Shown in pieces: positions 41,674 to 55,500 of a DNA stretch of 64,000 nt. Origin of the DNA: an uncultured delta proteobacterium (GTDB taxonomy: Bacteria > Desulfobacterota > Binatia > UBA9968); NCBI GenBank assembly GCA_963737905.1, contig CAVTUQ010000028.1, positions 128,001-192,000 of the forward strand, read 5' to 3'. How positions within the stretch are numbered: position 1 is the stretch's first letter; each line of letters starts with the position of its first letter. The notes beneath the pieces were generated by a model, which was given only the letters and a program-made list of their open reading frames with translations, did not search any database and was not told the origin of the DNA. The translations under genes and the position numbers were made by a program.

Positions 41674-42681
41674 TTATCGATAGTTAGTCATATGCGCTTC
41701 GCGCCGAGCTAGCTCCAGGTCGGCTTCGACCATGATCCGGACTAACTCTTCGAATTGCACTCTTGGTTCCCATTTTAATTTCCGTTTCGCCTTGGAGAAA
41801 TCGCCGACCAAGGTATCGACCTCGGCGGGACGTAGGTAGCGGCGGTCGATTTCGACATGATCGTGCCAATTCAGATCGAGCAAGCCGAACGCCTTATCAA
41901 CAAATTCCTTCACACTGTGACTCTCGCCGGTAGCGATAACGTAGTCGTCGGGCTTTTGCTGCCGCAGCATGAGCCACATAGCTTGAATGTAGTCGGGCGC
42001 ATAACCCCAGTCTCGTTTGGCCTCGAGATTACCCAGATAGAGTTTCTCTTGTAAACCGAGCTTGATTCGCGTCGCCGCCCGCGTGATCTTGCGACTAACG
42101 AAGGTCTCGCCTCGCCTCGGACTTTCATGATTAAACAGAATGCCGTTGCAAGCAAAAAGACCGTAGGCTTCGCGGTAATTGCGCACGATATAAAATCCGT
42201 AGGCCTTGGCGCAGCCGTAAGGACTGCGCGGATAAAAGGGCGTGGTTTCCTTTTGCGGAACTTCTTGAGCTAAGCCGAACAGTTCGCTCGACGACGCCTG
42301 ATAAAATTTCGGTTTGATCCCGGTTTCGCGTATCGCCTCCAACAGCCTCACCGTGCCGAGGCCGGTGATTTCGCCGGTATATTCCGGCACGTCAAAACTC
42401 ACCATGACATGGCTCTGCGCGCCCAGGTTATAGATCTCATCGGGTCGGATGTCGCGCAGTATGCGATTTAGAGAGCTCGCATCGTTCAGGTCGCCATACA
42501 CCAGCTTGAGACGCGGATTAGGCTCATGAGGATCCTGGTAAATATGATCGATGCGGCCGGTGTTGAATGAGCTGGATCGCCGTATGATGCCGTAAACGTC
42601 ATACCCTTTCTTCAGCAGGAACTCGGCCAAATACGAGCCGTCCTGCCCAGTGATACCGGTTATGAGAGCGGTGTTGGACAT
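41674..42681 (-). CDS. gmd: GDP-mannose 4,6-dehydratase
   Basis: [45 protein letters not shown]. Confidence 0.97.
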   Translation of the reverse strand: MSNTALITGITGQDGSYLAEFLLKKGYDVYGIIRRSSSFNTGRIDHIYQDPHEPNPRLKLVYGDLNDASSLNRILRDIRPDEIYNLGAQSHVMVSFDVPEYTGEITGLGTVRLLEAIRETGIKPKFYQASSSELFGLAQEVPQKETTPFYPRSPYGCAKAYGFYIVRNYREAYGLFACNGILFNHESPRRGETFVSRKITRAATRIKLGLQEKLYLGNLEAKRDWGYAPDYIQAMWLMLRQQKPDDYVIATGESHSVKEFVDKAFGLLDLNWHDHVEIDRRYLRPAEVDTLVGDFSKAKRKLKWEPRVQFEELVRIMVEADLELARREAHMTNYR

Positions 42682-42689
42682 TTTAACTA

Positions 42690-42840
42690 ATGGCGGATGG
42701 CATATGGCTTATAGCGGATAGTTTATAGCAAATGGCTTATAGCGTATGGCGGATAGCTTATGGCGGCTGGTGACGTATAGATTATAGCAAATAGCAAATG
42801 GCTGATGGCGTATGGAATATAGCTTATAGGATGGCTGGCT
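42690..42840. repeat. 7-nt tandem repeat array (ATRGCNN) upstream of gmd
   Basis: atggcgg atggcat atggctt atagcgg atagttt atagcaa atggctt atagcgt ... Confidence 0.88.
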
Positions 42841-42927
42841 TAACGCGGGCTGAGGGTATTTCTGAATGCATTTATGTTGTACCCATTGGTACATGGACTA
42901 CTCTGTGGTGAAGAACGATTCGGATAT

Positions 42928-43041
42928 ATCACCGCGGAGGCGCGGAGGGCACAGAGTAAAATTTCTCAATAAAAAATACTCCCAACTCTGTGTGCTCTGC
43001 GTCTGTGGTGAATCTTCTTTCACAGTAAACCCAGAAGAGCC
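42928..43041 (+). repeat. Dispersed palindromic CACCGC...GGTG element
   Basis: caccgcggaggcgcggagggcacagag ... ctctgtgtgctctgcgtctgtggtg; homologous to 34110-34213. Confidence 0.75.
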
Positions 43042-43082
43042 TTCTTTTCCGGGTACCTGTTACTATTTGCGATCGGCATGTG

Positions 43083-44905
43083 CTATACGCTAGTTTTCTC
43101 TACAAGAAAACTCCCGATGGCCAGCACATCCATCTTCGTTCGTTTGAAACAGTCAATCGCCTCTTCCGGCGTGCAAACGACCGGCTCGTTCTCATTGAAA
43201 GAGGTGTTAAGCAGGACCGGAACGCCGGTAAGATTTTCGAATTCTTTGATCAGTTTCCAGTAGCGCGGATTCCCATCACGGTCGACGGTTTGAAGCCTGC
43301 CCGTGCCGTCGACGTGAGTCGGTGCCGGAATCACGGAACGCTTCTCTTGCTTAACCTTATAGGCCATGAGCATGAACGGCGACGGATGGGTCTCTTCGAA
43401 ATAATCTCCGACGCGCTCAAGCAAGATCGACGGTGCGAAAGGACGAAACGGTTCGCGGTGTTTTATTCGGCTATTTAGCATGTCTTTCATCTCGGCCCGG
43501 CGCGGATCGACCACAATGCTCCGATTTCCCAAAGCACGAGGGCCAAATTCCATTCGTCCCTGAAACCACCCACGACTTTCCCCGTCGGCGATCTTCCGCG
43601 CCGTGGCCTTGACCAACTCTTCTTCACTCAATTCCGCTATCCGAAATCCGAAATCCGAAATGGTACGGATGACCGGTGACCAATGACCGACGACTTCTGG
43701 CTCCCTGCTTCCGGCTCCCTGCTCCGTGCTCCCCGCTCCCATCCCCTCACGCCTCACCCCTAACGCCTCACGAATTTGGCTATCGCCAAATTCCGGCCCC
43801 CAATACGTATGCTTCATCTCGAACGAGCGCGGTTGTCCCAGAATTTGATTCCACACATAAAAAGCTCCGCCGATAGCGAGCCCTGCGTCGCCGGCCGCGG
43901 ACTGGATATAGACTTTCTCAAACGGTGTCTTGGCAAGAATTTTCCCGTTGGCGACGCAGTTGTAAGCCACACCGCCGGCGAGGCAGAGTTTTTTTATGCC
44001 GTAGAGTTTGTAAAGTCTGTCGAGCATGGCGAGCATGGCATCTTCGAGCCGGACCTGCAGCGACGCGGCGATATTCTGATGCCGCTTTTCGACAGGCGCT
44101 CCTGCCGCCCTTTCGGGTCCTAGTTGTCTCGTGAGGAAATCTCCATAGAGCTTGCCGATCTTCGGCTCACCGTCCCGCCAGGTCATTTCCGGAGCCGATT
44201 TGTGATGGATGAAGTGATCCAACCCGAGTGAAAATCCGACATTGCCATTGATTTTAACGATCTCGTCGAAGCGGTCGCGATATTCCGGCTGCCCATAGGA
44301 GGCCAGACCCATGACCTTGTACTCATCGCCGTAGTTCCAAAAACCTAAATATTGAGTCAGCGCTGTGTAGTAGATGCCGAGTGAATGCGGGAATGCAATC
44401 GACCCTCGATCCTCTGATTTCCCTGCCCCAAACCCCACATCGTGCTGGCAAAGTCGCCCAATCCGTCGATCGACAACAAAGCCGCTTCCTCGAAAGGCGA
44501 AACAAAAAACGAACTCGCCAGATGGGCTTTGTGATGCTCCACCCGATGGATTTGCGCCTTGATCTCCTCACGCCTCACTCCTAACGCCTCACCCAATTCT
44601 TCCTGAATGCCAAAAAACTTCGCCTGCGCGCCAAGACGATTGAGCCCCAAGCGCGGTATTTTTACCGCATAAAGCGCCTTCCTCCAAATTCGCGCTCGCG
44701 GATCGCGCGCCACCGCCACGTGTTCAATGTCCTTAGCTTCCAAACCCGCTATCTTCAGGCAGGCTCGAATAGCGTTGGCCGGGAAACCCGCCGCGTGCTT
44801 TATGCGGATAAAGCGCTCCTCTTCCGCCGCCGCGACGAGCTGCCCGTCTATGATCAGTGCTGCGCTGGCGTCACCGTGGTAAGCGTTGATGCCGAGAATA
44901 ACCAT
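43083..44905 (-). CDS. Carbamoyltransferase (NodU/CmcH family), frameshift near 44400-44430, repeat insertions
   Basis: ILGINAYHGDASA, EHHKAH, EYKVMGLA, AGGVAYNC, EFGPRALGNRS, NTSFN. Confidence 0.9.
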
Positions 44906-44909
44906 GAGT

Positions 44910-45607
44910 AATTTCGAAATGCGGATTTAGAATGCGGATTTATAAAGCAAACATACCTATGAATAATTTGGATGCGGAGGAGGTATCGGCTCTCGAGGAC
45001 AGATTGAAAAATCTAAAATACTACAAGCTGTTGCGGTCGAATCAGAAATTCGACATACGAAATCCGAAATTCGAAATTGCCCTCAGACGCCTTCGGCTTA
45101 TTCGCTCGCGTCGATCTTCCTATAGCGATGAAGATTGACAGGAGTTCACCAGCTTCCTTCAGTAAAGTCGTCCGGGCTTCAGTAATACCAAGGGAGACCT
45201 CCTCCATTACTTCTAGCGAGTACTGGGTTTCTGCAATTTCCTTTTCGACGATCCCGATCTTGTGAACAAAATCCGCGCGAAATTGCGCGCGATTAGCTTC
45301 GCGATAGTTCGCCCCGACTGATGTTCCTGATTTCAGTAATTGATAGCACAAAACGTACGAAGTTTTCTTCTTCGGTAGCTCTTCCACGAAAAGGATAACG
45401 CTGACGGCGAACTTTTTCGTCCGTCGCTCAAGCTCATGCTTGTCCATGAAAGTACATTTCGGATTTCGGAATTGTTCTGAGTCGGGGTTAGGAAATCGAG
45501 AAGCGACCAGAAAATCGAAAACATTTAGGAGCATCCTCAACACTTTGTAAACAAGTAACCGGGCGAGTCCGGACAAATTCGAAATCCGCAATCCGAAATC
45601 CGCAATT
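44910..45607 (-). mobile_element. Heptamer-bracketed four-helix-bundle cassette, copy 2
   Basis: Homologous to 37651-38373. Confidence 0.6.
45083..45446 (-). CDS. Four helix bundle protein, copy 2 (1-nt deletion just before the stop homologous to copy 1)
   Basis: MDKHELERRTKKF...; differs from copy 1 by D>Y, G>C, S>F, W>S and synonymous changes. Confidence 0.85.
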
Positions 45608-45683
45608 GAGTTTGCTCTTTGCTCTCTCTTGCTCCAAGCTCCCAGCTCCTTGCTCGTTGCTTTATTTCCCTTACCCCTAACGC

Positions 45684-48600
45684 CTAACCCTCCAAATACA
45701 GCGCTTTAAAATCGTGTCTGGGGATTGACATGCGTATTTTTCCGGCTGCAATACTGATATCTTGTTTCGACTCTGCATCCGTAATCGTGGTCTTTGCGGG
45801 ATTTAGACCCAACCCAGAAATATCTACTTTAACATCTCCCGTATAATCTTCGCCTATATTCGTAAGAAAAATCAGGGCTGAGTTTGTACGCGTATAATAG
45901 CTGACTTTAACACTCGAATTATCAGGTTGAACGGCGGTCTGTTCCCAAAACCCCCTAAAATTCACATCTGCGGCGGTAATGCCGAAATTTTTTTTTATCG
46001 TCGCAAACCATGGCGCAGGGTCAATAGGTAAAACGTCATGAATTGCCAATACGCCATACATTGCGCGAAGCGCTTTTGTATACTCGGCCCGCAGATTGTA
46101 GAATTTAATATAATTCAAAAAGACCGGGGTAAGCCCAAATTTTTGGCTTCGAGATAACCCCCGAAGCCACTCTGAACCAAGCTTCCCATTGCCCCAAAGA
46201 TCGATCCAGTCAGGATCGGTGGGTTTGTGAACATGAAAGCCTCACCGTCGCTTGCGACATCAGCAAAAGCAAAAGCATGGGGATACATCTTTGCAGTTGT
46301 ATGAAGCCAAATGACCGGCCGCTTGCCATTGTCCAACATCACCTGTCGGAGACGTTTCAATTTTTCCCTCATGCCAAGCAGCATGTACCCAGCTCCATGG
46401 GTTCCATCCTCTTTTATGTAACCGCCGCTCAACAGCGAGGCGCTCGTAAACGGTTCAGGCTCGTCAATGTACAGGCCGTCGTAGGTATTGGTCGAGAGCG
46501 CGTTGTTTATATGGTATAGCCAATAGTCGGCATCGCCTTTAGTGGGCGCAGAGATCCAGCCGTCACTAGCTGTTTCCGTTTTGATTGGATCCAGATCGAC
46601 CTAGGTATGACCGCCCGCCCCAATTGTCACATGGAAATTCGTAAAAGGCACAACCTTCCGCTTCTGATCTCTTAAACCCTGGATTGCCGTTTTGTACAGA
46701 TTATTATCACGAGGCACTAATGAAAAAATTGGAAAGTTTGCATTGGATCTTCCTCCAGATGAATGACCCCGCCAATCCCAATATACGTCGAAATCATTAT
46801 TCGGGAATACAGAAGTGCCGCCGGCTGCCCCGAACCGCCCGCCTCGCCAATCTGCCGGCAGTGGCTTTACAGGGGTCGCCTCATAACCCAAAACTTATTT
46901 CTATGGGTTCGTTCAATACAAAATCCTTGTTGACAAGAATATTTTGCAGCCGCACGTTCCCGTTGCCATCGCGAATCATCTCCTGCATGGGAAGCGATTC
47001 GTCCACACGCCAGCCGCTGGGATTTTCCGCAAACCATTCAAGCCCGCGATCGTCGTCAGAGAAAAGCACAACCGGCAAGAATTTGGACTTCTGTGGTCGT
47101 TGCTTAAGATTAGTATGAAACGTTCCAGGCGTGCTGGGCACGGCGGATTTATATGGATACCACCAATACGGTTGATCGGTTGTGGTGTGCATAAAAAGTG
47201 CCCGGCTTGAAGGCAGCACTGTCTGTAAACGCACGCTTTTAATAGTTACCGGACCAGCTGTGGAGAAAGTTTTAGCGCGATAAGCATCATGCCGTCATAC
47301 TCTAAGCTTCCGCTTACCCTGGCGGTTATTCCCTGACCCTCCGCAGTACCCTCCCAGTTGACTATATCTGGTTGGATCGACGTAATTGACAGTGATGATG
47401 GCTTCAGTTCGAACGTTCCGCTGCCTTTATCAATTTCCAACGCAACCGGGCTTGCCAAGAGGTGCTGACCCTGCGAGGTGATTTGGCTCGGCAAACCAAA
47501 ACCACCGGTAAGATCATACTCTCTTCCCCATACGCTGAGTTTTAAACCATTCGCCGCTATGGCGGTCCATGGGGGTTGTATCTTCGTGCTTACACCTAAC
47601 GAATTTCCAAGCCATGAGGTTTTTGGCAATACAAAGGATGAAGAATTCTTAAACGCAAGCACCGAGTTTCTACGATCAAGAAGTTTAACCGTGGCATAAT
47701 AAGAACCTGGAGTCATATTGCCAATGGAGATGAGCGACTCGCCAAATCCGCGACGAAGTTGCGTGATATCTCCGGACTTAATCAACTTACCATCACTATA
47801 AACATCCACTGTGTATTTGACTCCGGCCACTTCAAAATCATTTCCAGAATCTGCAGCGATACTTAACTTTCCTATCCCTGGGCCCCATTGGGCGGTAACA
47901 TCGATTCCGTGTGGATCAATGGGCGTGAGAGGGTTTGATGTCGTTGCCGTAAATGCTGCGGCAACTTCAGTCGGGGTGAATGCAAAATTGTAGCTGCCGA
48001 ATTCATCAATCGTAACGTCTTGAAAACCACCAAACGAAGGACCAATACTGAAAGTGGGCAAAGCCACAGAAGGCATCGGACTGACGAAAATTTTGTCTTG
48101 TTTCAGGGCTCCATCAAGGTAGACTTTGTGATTGATTCCCTGCCAGGTCCAGACCACGTGGTGCCACTCTCCTGGTTTAAACGAAAATCCGCCAGTGCCT
48201 ATCTTCTCTTCAATTGAAGGAACTAGTTTCATGTTGAAGATAATCTCGCCGGGAAGCGTAACCGTGGAGTTTTTTTGGTCGGGCCTATCCGGTAAAAAAT
48301 TGGCCTCTACGTGCGGTGGACCTGGATATATGTAGAAAAGCTGCGGCAGTCCAACGGTGCTCAGATTATTGAGTTTAATCCAGAATGCTATGCTCCCCCG
48401 GCGAGTATCGAGACGTTCTATATCGCTCCTAAGCTGGCTACCCGTTTTATCTTTTCGAATGAATATGCCCTCGCCAATTTTCCCGTTTGGGTCAAACGTA
48501 ACCCGTTGAACCTGTAGTTTGGAGTCACTTGACACCCGGCCATCGTTAAAACCCGCAAAAAGCAATGCACGTGGTGTCGGATGTGCAGCACAAGCTATAT

Positions 48601-48685
48601 TTCCATACACCGCAAATATCGAAGTTATCGAGATCAAGGCAAATAGTAATATTGTCGCACATGCTCTGAGTCTATTGCTCGCCAT
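45684..48685 (-). CDS. Large secreted protein with LamG-like domain and putative glycoside-hydrolase region, split by several frameshifts
   Basis: Consecutive minus-strand ORFs; GSIAFW, WHHVVWTW, LYLDG-like KVYLDG, IDEF; LEYDG, GLEWFAE; lower GC. Confidence 0.6.
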
Positions 48686-48759
48686 GATCGATACCGAGCT
48701 CTTTACGTCAGCGGCCAGAATCAGGCAGCATGGAGCCACGCTTTGCTCTTGGCACTTAG

Positions 48760-49620
48760 CTACCCCCGCTCCGTGCTATCCTTGTTCCCGACTTCGACTT
48801 CTGATGTTCGCCTTTCGCTCCTTGCTCCGTGCTCCATGCTCCTCGCTTCCTTGTCTGCAAAGTCTTCCTCAATCAGATAGAGCGCCAGCAGGATCTCCGC
48901 CAACATCCTTTGGAACGCGTAGTAAACACCAGCCCAGCCGTCGCGTATCGCGCCTTTGACGAATAGGCAGTAAAAGAAAATTACAAACGGAAAAAGAACT
49001 CGTGTTTTTCTCAGGCGATCGGGGAAACTCGGATCTACTTTTTTGGAACCACGTAGATGCACGATCTCCAGTCGCATGTAACGATCCTGCGATTTCAACC
49101 AGTGCGTCAATGGCTTTCGGTCATCATGCAGAATCGGCGAACGCAGTTCTCTCACTTCACCGTCAATCGCAACTCGTTGTGTGTGACCGTCCTGCTGGTA
49201 AATGGCATGCTCGCGGCGATAAAGCACGGTGACCGGTGGATATGCCGACCCACGCAGCGGCTTGCCGTGCACACAATACAAGAATCTAGCTTGATAGCCG
49301 TTAATTCCCGTTGGTGGTTTCAGGGCTTTCAACTCCTCGACCAAATCGGGGGTAAGGACATAGTCCGCGTCGATAGCGAGCACCCACTCGGAAGTAATGC
49401 CCGTTTCTTCAAAGCAAAATTCCATTGATTTTGATGGCGATCGAATCGCCGCTGAAACACGCGTACTTGCGGGATCTGCGAAGCAATCACTAATGTCGCA
49501 TCGTCGCTGAAGCTGTCGAGCAGCACGATATCACGGGCCCAACTCAGCGCGTGGAGACTGCGCCGGATGTTCGGCACTTCGTTGTAGGTCAGGACGATTG
49601 GAGTGATCTGATCGAGCAGC
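48760..49620 (-). CDS. GT2 glycosyltransferase (frameshifted)
   Basis: ITPIVLTYNE.PNI, LDSFSDD, WVLAIDAD, DGHTQR; repeat-derived tail. Confidence 0.8.
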
Positions 49621-49669
49621 GTTTCACCAAGAATTTTTACTGTATGAGACGGCCGGCGTTATTTTTACT

Positions 49670-50842
49670 CTATTCCATTCGTCCGAGTCTCAAGCCGCCA
49701 TATAGCGCTTTAAGTTGCTTCGCGACCGCTGGCCACGTGTACCGAGAGCGCACGAGCCTTTCTCCCGCCGCGCCTCTGGCGCGGCGCTCACCTGTATCCC
49801 GCAGCGCTTCCGTCAATCCCCGTTGCAAAGAATCACCTTCCAAATTCACCACCCAACCAGCCCCTGCCGCCTGGATTTCGTCTGACAGATTGACCCGAGT
49901 ACTGACCAGTACCGGTACACCGCAGGCCAAAGCCTCTACGACCGACAAACCGAAGTTTTCTTGAAACGATGGCAACACAACCAGATCCGCTCCACGTAAC
50001 GCCGCCGCTTTTCGCGCTCCATCTAACCAACCGGCAAAGATGACATTGTCACCGCATTTTTCAAATGCTAACCGTTTCAGCTTTTCGATATAATCGCGCT
50101 CGCCGTTACCAGCAATGACCAGCTTCCACCCTTTTTGCTCCTCCTTGTTTTGTCACGGCCGAAAAGACTTCCAGTAAGGACTCGATGTTCTTTTTATGAT
50201 GGACGCGAGAGAGCAGTAAAACGTAAGGCGAATTTGCCAATTTCGGAAAAAGCTCTCGAAAATTCTCAGCTGACCCTCTGAGTAATTCCTGATTGACACC
50301 GAGCGGGATAACAACGCCGGAATTAATCCCTAGCCCGTCTTCAGCTAGCTGCTTCTCAGCCGCCGTCGTGTAATGGATGGCGCGCGCGCCATCGAGCATT
50401 TGATTCACGCCCATTCGGAACAAAATCTTCTTGGCGAAGCGTTTTTGGCTTAAGCTCCAAGGATCTAGAGAGCCCAAAGGCCGGACAATGTATGGAACGT
50501 TTTTGTTTTCGCATGCGCGTGCCGCCGCGAGACTAGAATGCGAGAAAACGGCGTGAATATGGACAACATCAAAGTCTTCCACGTTTTTGTCCAGCCAACG
50601 GGCTAGAAGATGCGAATATTTGAATGCCTCGCTCAATTGACGGGGAAAGAAGATGGTCGGAACACCTTCATAGACAACGGGCCTCCCACACTCCACTGCC
50701 AAGCGAGCCTCACCATCAGCATCGGTCGTGGCGATCAAAACTTCCACTTCTTCAGACCGAAGTGCCTGGCACATTTGGATGACGGCTTGGCTCGGCCCGC
50801 CGTATCGTGGCGCAACCGCGGGATAACGTGGAGAACCTTCAT
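49670..50842 (-). CDS. GT4 glycosyltransferase (frameshifted)
   Basis: MKVLHVI, PRYGGPS, LSRVHHKKN, LPSFQENFGLSVVEALACG. Confidence 0.85.
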
Positions 50843-50850
50843 GACAATAA

Positions 50851-51002
50851 CCAGAGGTCAGATGATCAGAGATCGAGCAGTCAGAGCCGGGAGCGTATGA
50901 GCAAAGAGCTAAGAGCAAAGCGCAAAGCGCTTTGCTCTTTTGCTCCAAGCTCCCTCCTCCTTGCCATTTACGCCTTACACTTCACTCCTTACGCGCTAAC
51001 CG

Positions 51003-51008
<6 letters not shown>
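50851..51008. repeat. 7-nt repeat mosaic at asnB/GT junction
   Basis: TCAGAGG, GAGCAAA/TTTGCTC inverted pair, CCTTACG blocks. Confidence 0.8.
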
Positions 51009-53157
<2,149 letters not shown>

Positions 53158-53323
53158 GCTTTAGCCCTGTTCTGACAATAAAACATCCATAAAACTGGGA
53201 AAAAAACTTTCTTAAAAAATCCTTAATCGAAAAAAAACATCAAAACCAGGTAAAAATTGGACAGACCAAATTCAACCCTGGTTCCCCAGGAAAAAAATCT
53301 TAAAATGTCCCAAAAGGGTTAGC

Positions 53324-54407
53324 TCACGACTGCCAGTTTACGACAGCGTCATGCGCTGCGCGCGTGAAACGATCTGCACCATGTTTGAGAGTGTGTTTAC
53401 TTACGCTTTGTCGCGCGCGACCGGACATTTCTGCGAGTTTTGCAGACGGTAACAAGGCCGCTTCATGCAGTGCACTGAAAAGCATGTCTTCGTCGTTTGC
53501 CGGGATAAGCCAGCCATTACGACCGGTTTCGATGAACTCAATGGCCGATCCCATACGGTCGGTGCCGATAACCGGCAGCCCGGCAGCGAGCCCCTCGGGC
53601 ACAACCAATCCCCAGCCGTCGTAACGGGAGGGTACACTGAGTATGTCAGCTCCATCGTAGCAATTTGGGAGTTCTGCCCAGTCCTTGAAGCCGAGGAATT
53701 CCACTCGATCGCTAACGGGCTGAAGCGTCCGCATCAGCGCGCGGCACAATTCGCCGTCACCCAAGAGCTGGAGGCGCACATTAGAAATTTCGCGAGCGAG
53801 GCGGGCAAATACCCGCCCGAGCAAGTCCACCCCTTTGCGAGGAATTAGTGAACCGGAGAACAAAAACACCCTTTCAGAGATTTCACGTTTACGGAGTTCA
53901 CCAACCGATTGAAAGCGTTCCAGGTCGGAAAAATATGGCAGATTGCAGTAGGTACGGCTCGTACCGAACTCCTCTTGATAGCGGTCCACAGCAAATTTTC
54001 CGATGCCCCAGATCGGCGCCTGCGAAGCGTGAAGCCATGAAAGAGAACACCGCCGTCGCAGCCGGCCCATCCATTCCGGTTTACGGAATCCAGGGCGCTC
54101 TCCCCAGAAACACCAAGCTTTTCCGCTCATCGCCCGTGCATTGAGGAGCTCCTGTGGCAATCGTTCTGAGTAGTAGTTGAAAACCGCGAGGTCGGCGTCC
54201 AGGACGTTCGCCAGCGCCTCCTCGAATCGGCCAGGTTGCTCGTCGAGACACAGGGCCTGGTGGGAAAGCGACGGGGTCGTCCAACGACGGGCGGGCCATC
54301 TGGTGAAGATAAACGACCTCCAAATCAAGCCCGCCCAAAGCTGCGACAGCGTTGAAAAGCTCAGCTTGGTAGGGAGAAACGAAGTGAGTACCGACAACTA
54401 CCCGCAT
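53324..54407 (-). CDS. GT4 glycosyltransferase (frameshifted near 5' end)
   Basis: FLFSGSLI.RKGVD, PSRYDGWGLVVPE.LAAGLPVI. Confidence 0.82.
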
Positions 54408-54429
54408 AGTTCTACAAAAGGATCTCTGT

Positions 54430-55357
54430 CTACTCACGGCCGGGCTTCACAGTCGAGATCAGGAAGGAGCCTTGGCGCAGGTTGTTCAACACGAAACGGC
54501 AAATGGCGTTAGGCGTGGCGCCCATAAGGGCGTCTTTGAGGGACCCCGGGGGGAGCGGGAAAAGCTCAGACTTCTGTCCCCATTATGCGCAGGTCTTCGA
54601 GGACAAAATGTTTCTCAACGAGTGAGCGCCACTCGCGCGTAGTATAGATGCGCGCTATCGCGCCGTCGGTGTGGAATTGAACAGAGCTTGTGGAGCGAGC
54701 CAACTTTTAACAATCCGCCGCCAATCACCCCGCGGAAAAAACCATTAAAGATGTAGTAGTAGAAGAAGCTGCGATGATAGACCATGATTACGCTCCGGCC
54801 GCCCGGGCGTAACACGCGCCGCATTTCGCGGAGAATCTCGCTCTGTGTTCGACGAGTGATGGATGACGCCCCATGTCCAGATGAAGTCGAACGATGCGTC
54901 GGGAAAATCCAGTTTTTCAGCGTCCATTTGCTGAACGCTGCCCCTTGATACCGAACAGCTGAAACCTCCGCCGCGTGCTCTGCACCGAGTAGGAGGTGAG
55001 GTCGATCCCGGTATAGCTGCGGCAGTGCGGAGCAACGAGCTGCGCGTGGCTGCCATTTCCAACCCCAATCTCCAAAACATCCCATTCTGACAGTTGCTCA
55101 AAGGGAATTAGCTCGTCAAACGGACGGAGCCGGGGCGGCATATAGCGTGCTGCGTCGAAAAAGTGGCGTCGGTCAATCTCTGCGAAAAACTCAAACGAAA
55201 ACTCCGGTGGCGAAATACGATCACGCCAGGTAGAGTCATAACGCATAGGATTGGATTCCCACGAGCGGTTACGTTCTTGCCATTCGGACTGTTGTGTGAT
55301 CATCGGCTGAGCGATAGGGTAGTCAAATCCGTCTGGCAGTTTATTTTCCGTGTTCAT
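54430..55357 (-). CDS. Class I SAM methyltransferase (frameshifted; 3' end approximate)
   Basis: VLEIGVGNG, GIDLT, DAEKLDFPDASFD, WGVIHH, RVLRPGG. Confidence 0.75.
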
Positions 55358-55500
55358 GCTACCCATGTCCCTCTGCTAAAGTTGAATAGGAGCCCAACCT
55401 ACTCATTTCGAAGCTCACACGTGCGCTTCATTTCAATTGGAAAAACGACGTTCTGTGCGTGAGTACGGTAATTAGAGGCGATCTCCAGGGAAGGCGCCAA

